From Seison nebaliae (Eukaryota): DNA of 37,434 nt. The DNA lies in contig JALJEE010000145.1 in NCBI GenBank assembly GCA_023231475.1, positions 124,001-161,434 of the forward strand, in the 5' to 3' direction. This document shows positions 37,239-37,434 of this stretch, one piece after another; positions within the stretch are counted from its first letter, which is position 1, and each line of letters begins with the position of its first letter. The notes beneath the pieces are model-generated. The model worked only from the letters and a program-made list of their open reading frames with translations, did no database searches and was not told the DNA's origin. Position numbers and translations under genes: made by a program.

Positions 37239-37434
37239 TTTATTTATTTATTTTATTTATTTATTTATTTACGAAAAAAAGGAGAAAAAGAAAAAAAAAG
37301 ATATAAACGGGAAAAAAAAAGAAAAAAAAAATAAATAAATTCCCATACAGGGACAATTCAAGTCTCGCTCTCGAGGAGAATCCTCAGGGCGCTTGGTTGG
37401 TTGTTCTCTATCAAGGTCTTGGCAGATTGCAGAG
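37239..37434 (-). other. 3' end of a GC-richer ORF followed by a T-rich tract and (TAAA)n; possibly a retroelement tail
   Basis: The minus strand reads LQSAKTLIENNQPSALRILLESET* (stop at 37358-37360), then T-runs, then about eight TAAA units at 37239-37270. Too short to assign. Confidence 0.3.

Noticed and set aside
1..37434. Genome-wide stop-codon reassignment (TAA/TAG = Gln) to explain the fragmented ORFs
   Set aside because: The breaks are resolved by short GT-AG introns. Long Gln-rich ORFs have no internal TAR, and MRPS5, ACTR10 and MCCC1 end at TAA.
1..37434. Prokaryotic systems (CRISPR, defence islands, retron or group II RT)
   Set aside because: The DNA is intron-containing and eukaryotic. 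No repeat-spacer array is present, and the only RT has non-LTR motifs and is broken.

Overview
AT-rich nuclear DNA from a ciliated eukaryote, most likely an invertebrate animal with a compact genome and 39-61 nt introns (lineage not determinable from sequence alone). Hand-built spliced models give, in order: a partial DNA ligase III-like gene, tRNA-Asn(GTT), MRPS17, CFAP99, an orphan ~1430-aa two-TM gene on the opposite strand, MRPS5, ACTR10, two orphan genes, a decayed non-LTR reverse transcriptase, MCCC1, a small type-I membrane protein, and a Ser-rich 32-aa-repeat protein with an inverted decayed partial copy. Two features stand out. (1) Splice donors are strongly shifted: 17 of 20 introns in conserved genes start GTT and none start GTA, and the two multi-kb introns both start GTCAG. 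(2) CFAP99 appears to have a ~15-kb intron containing the whole coding region of the antisense orphan gene, which has its own ~8.9-kb intron. All gene names come from recalled motif similarity, not database searches, and all junctions are inferred from reading frame and phase.
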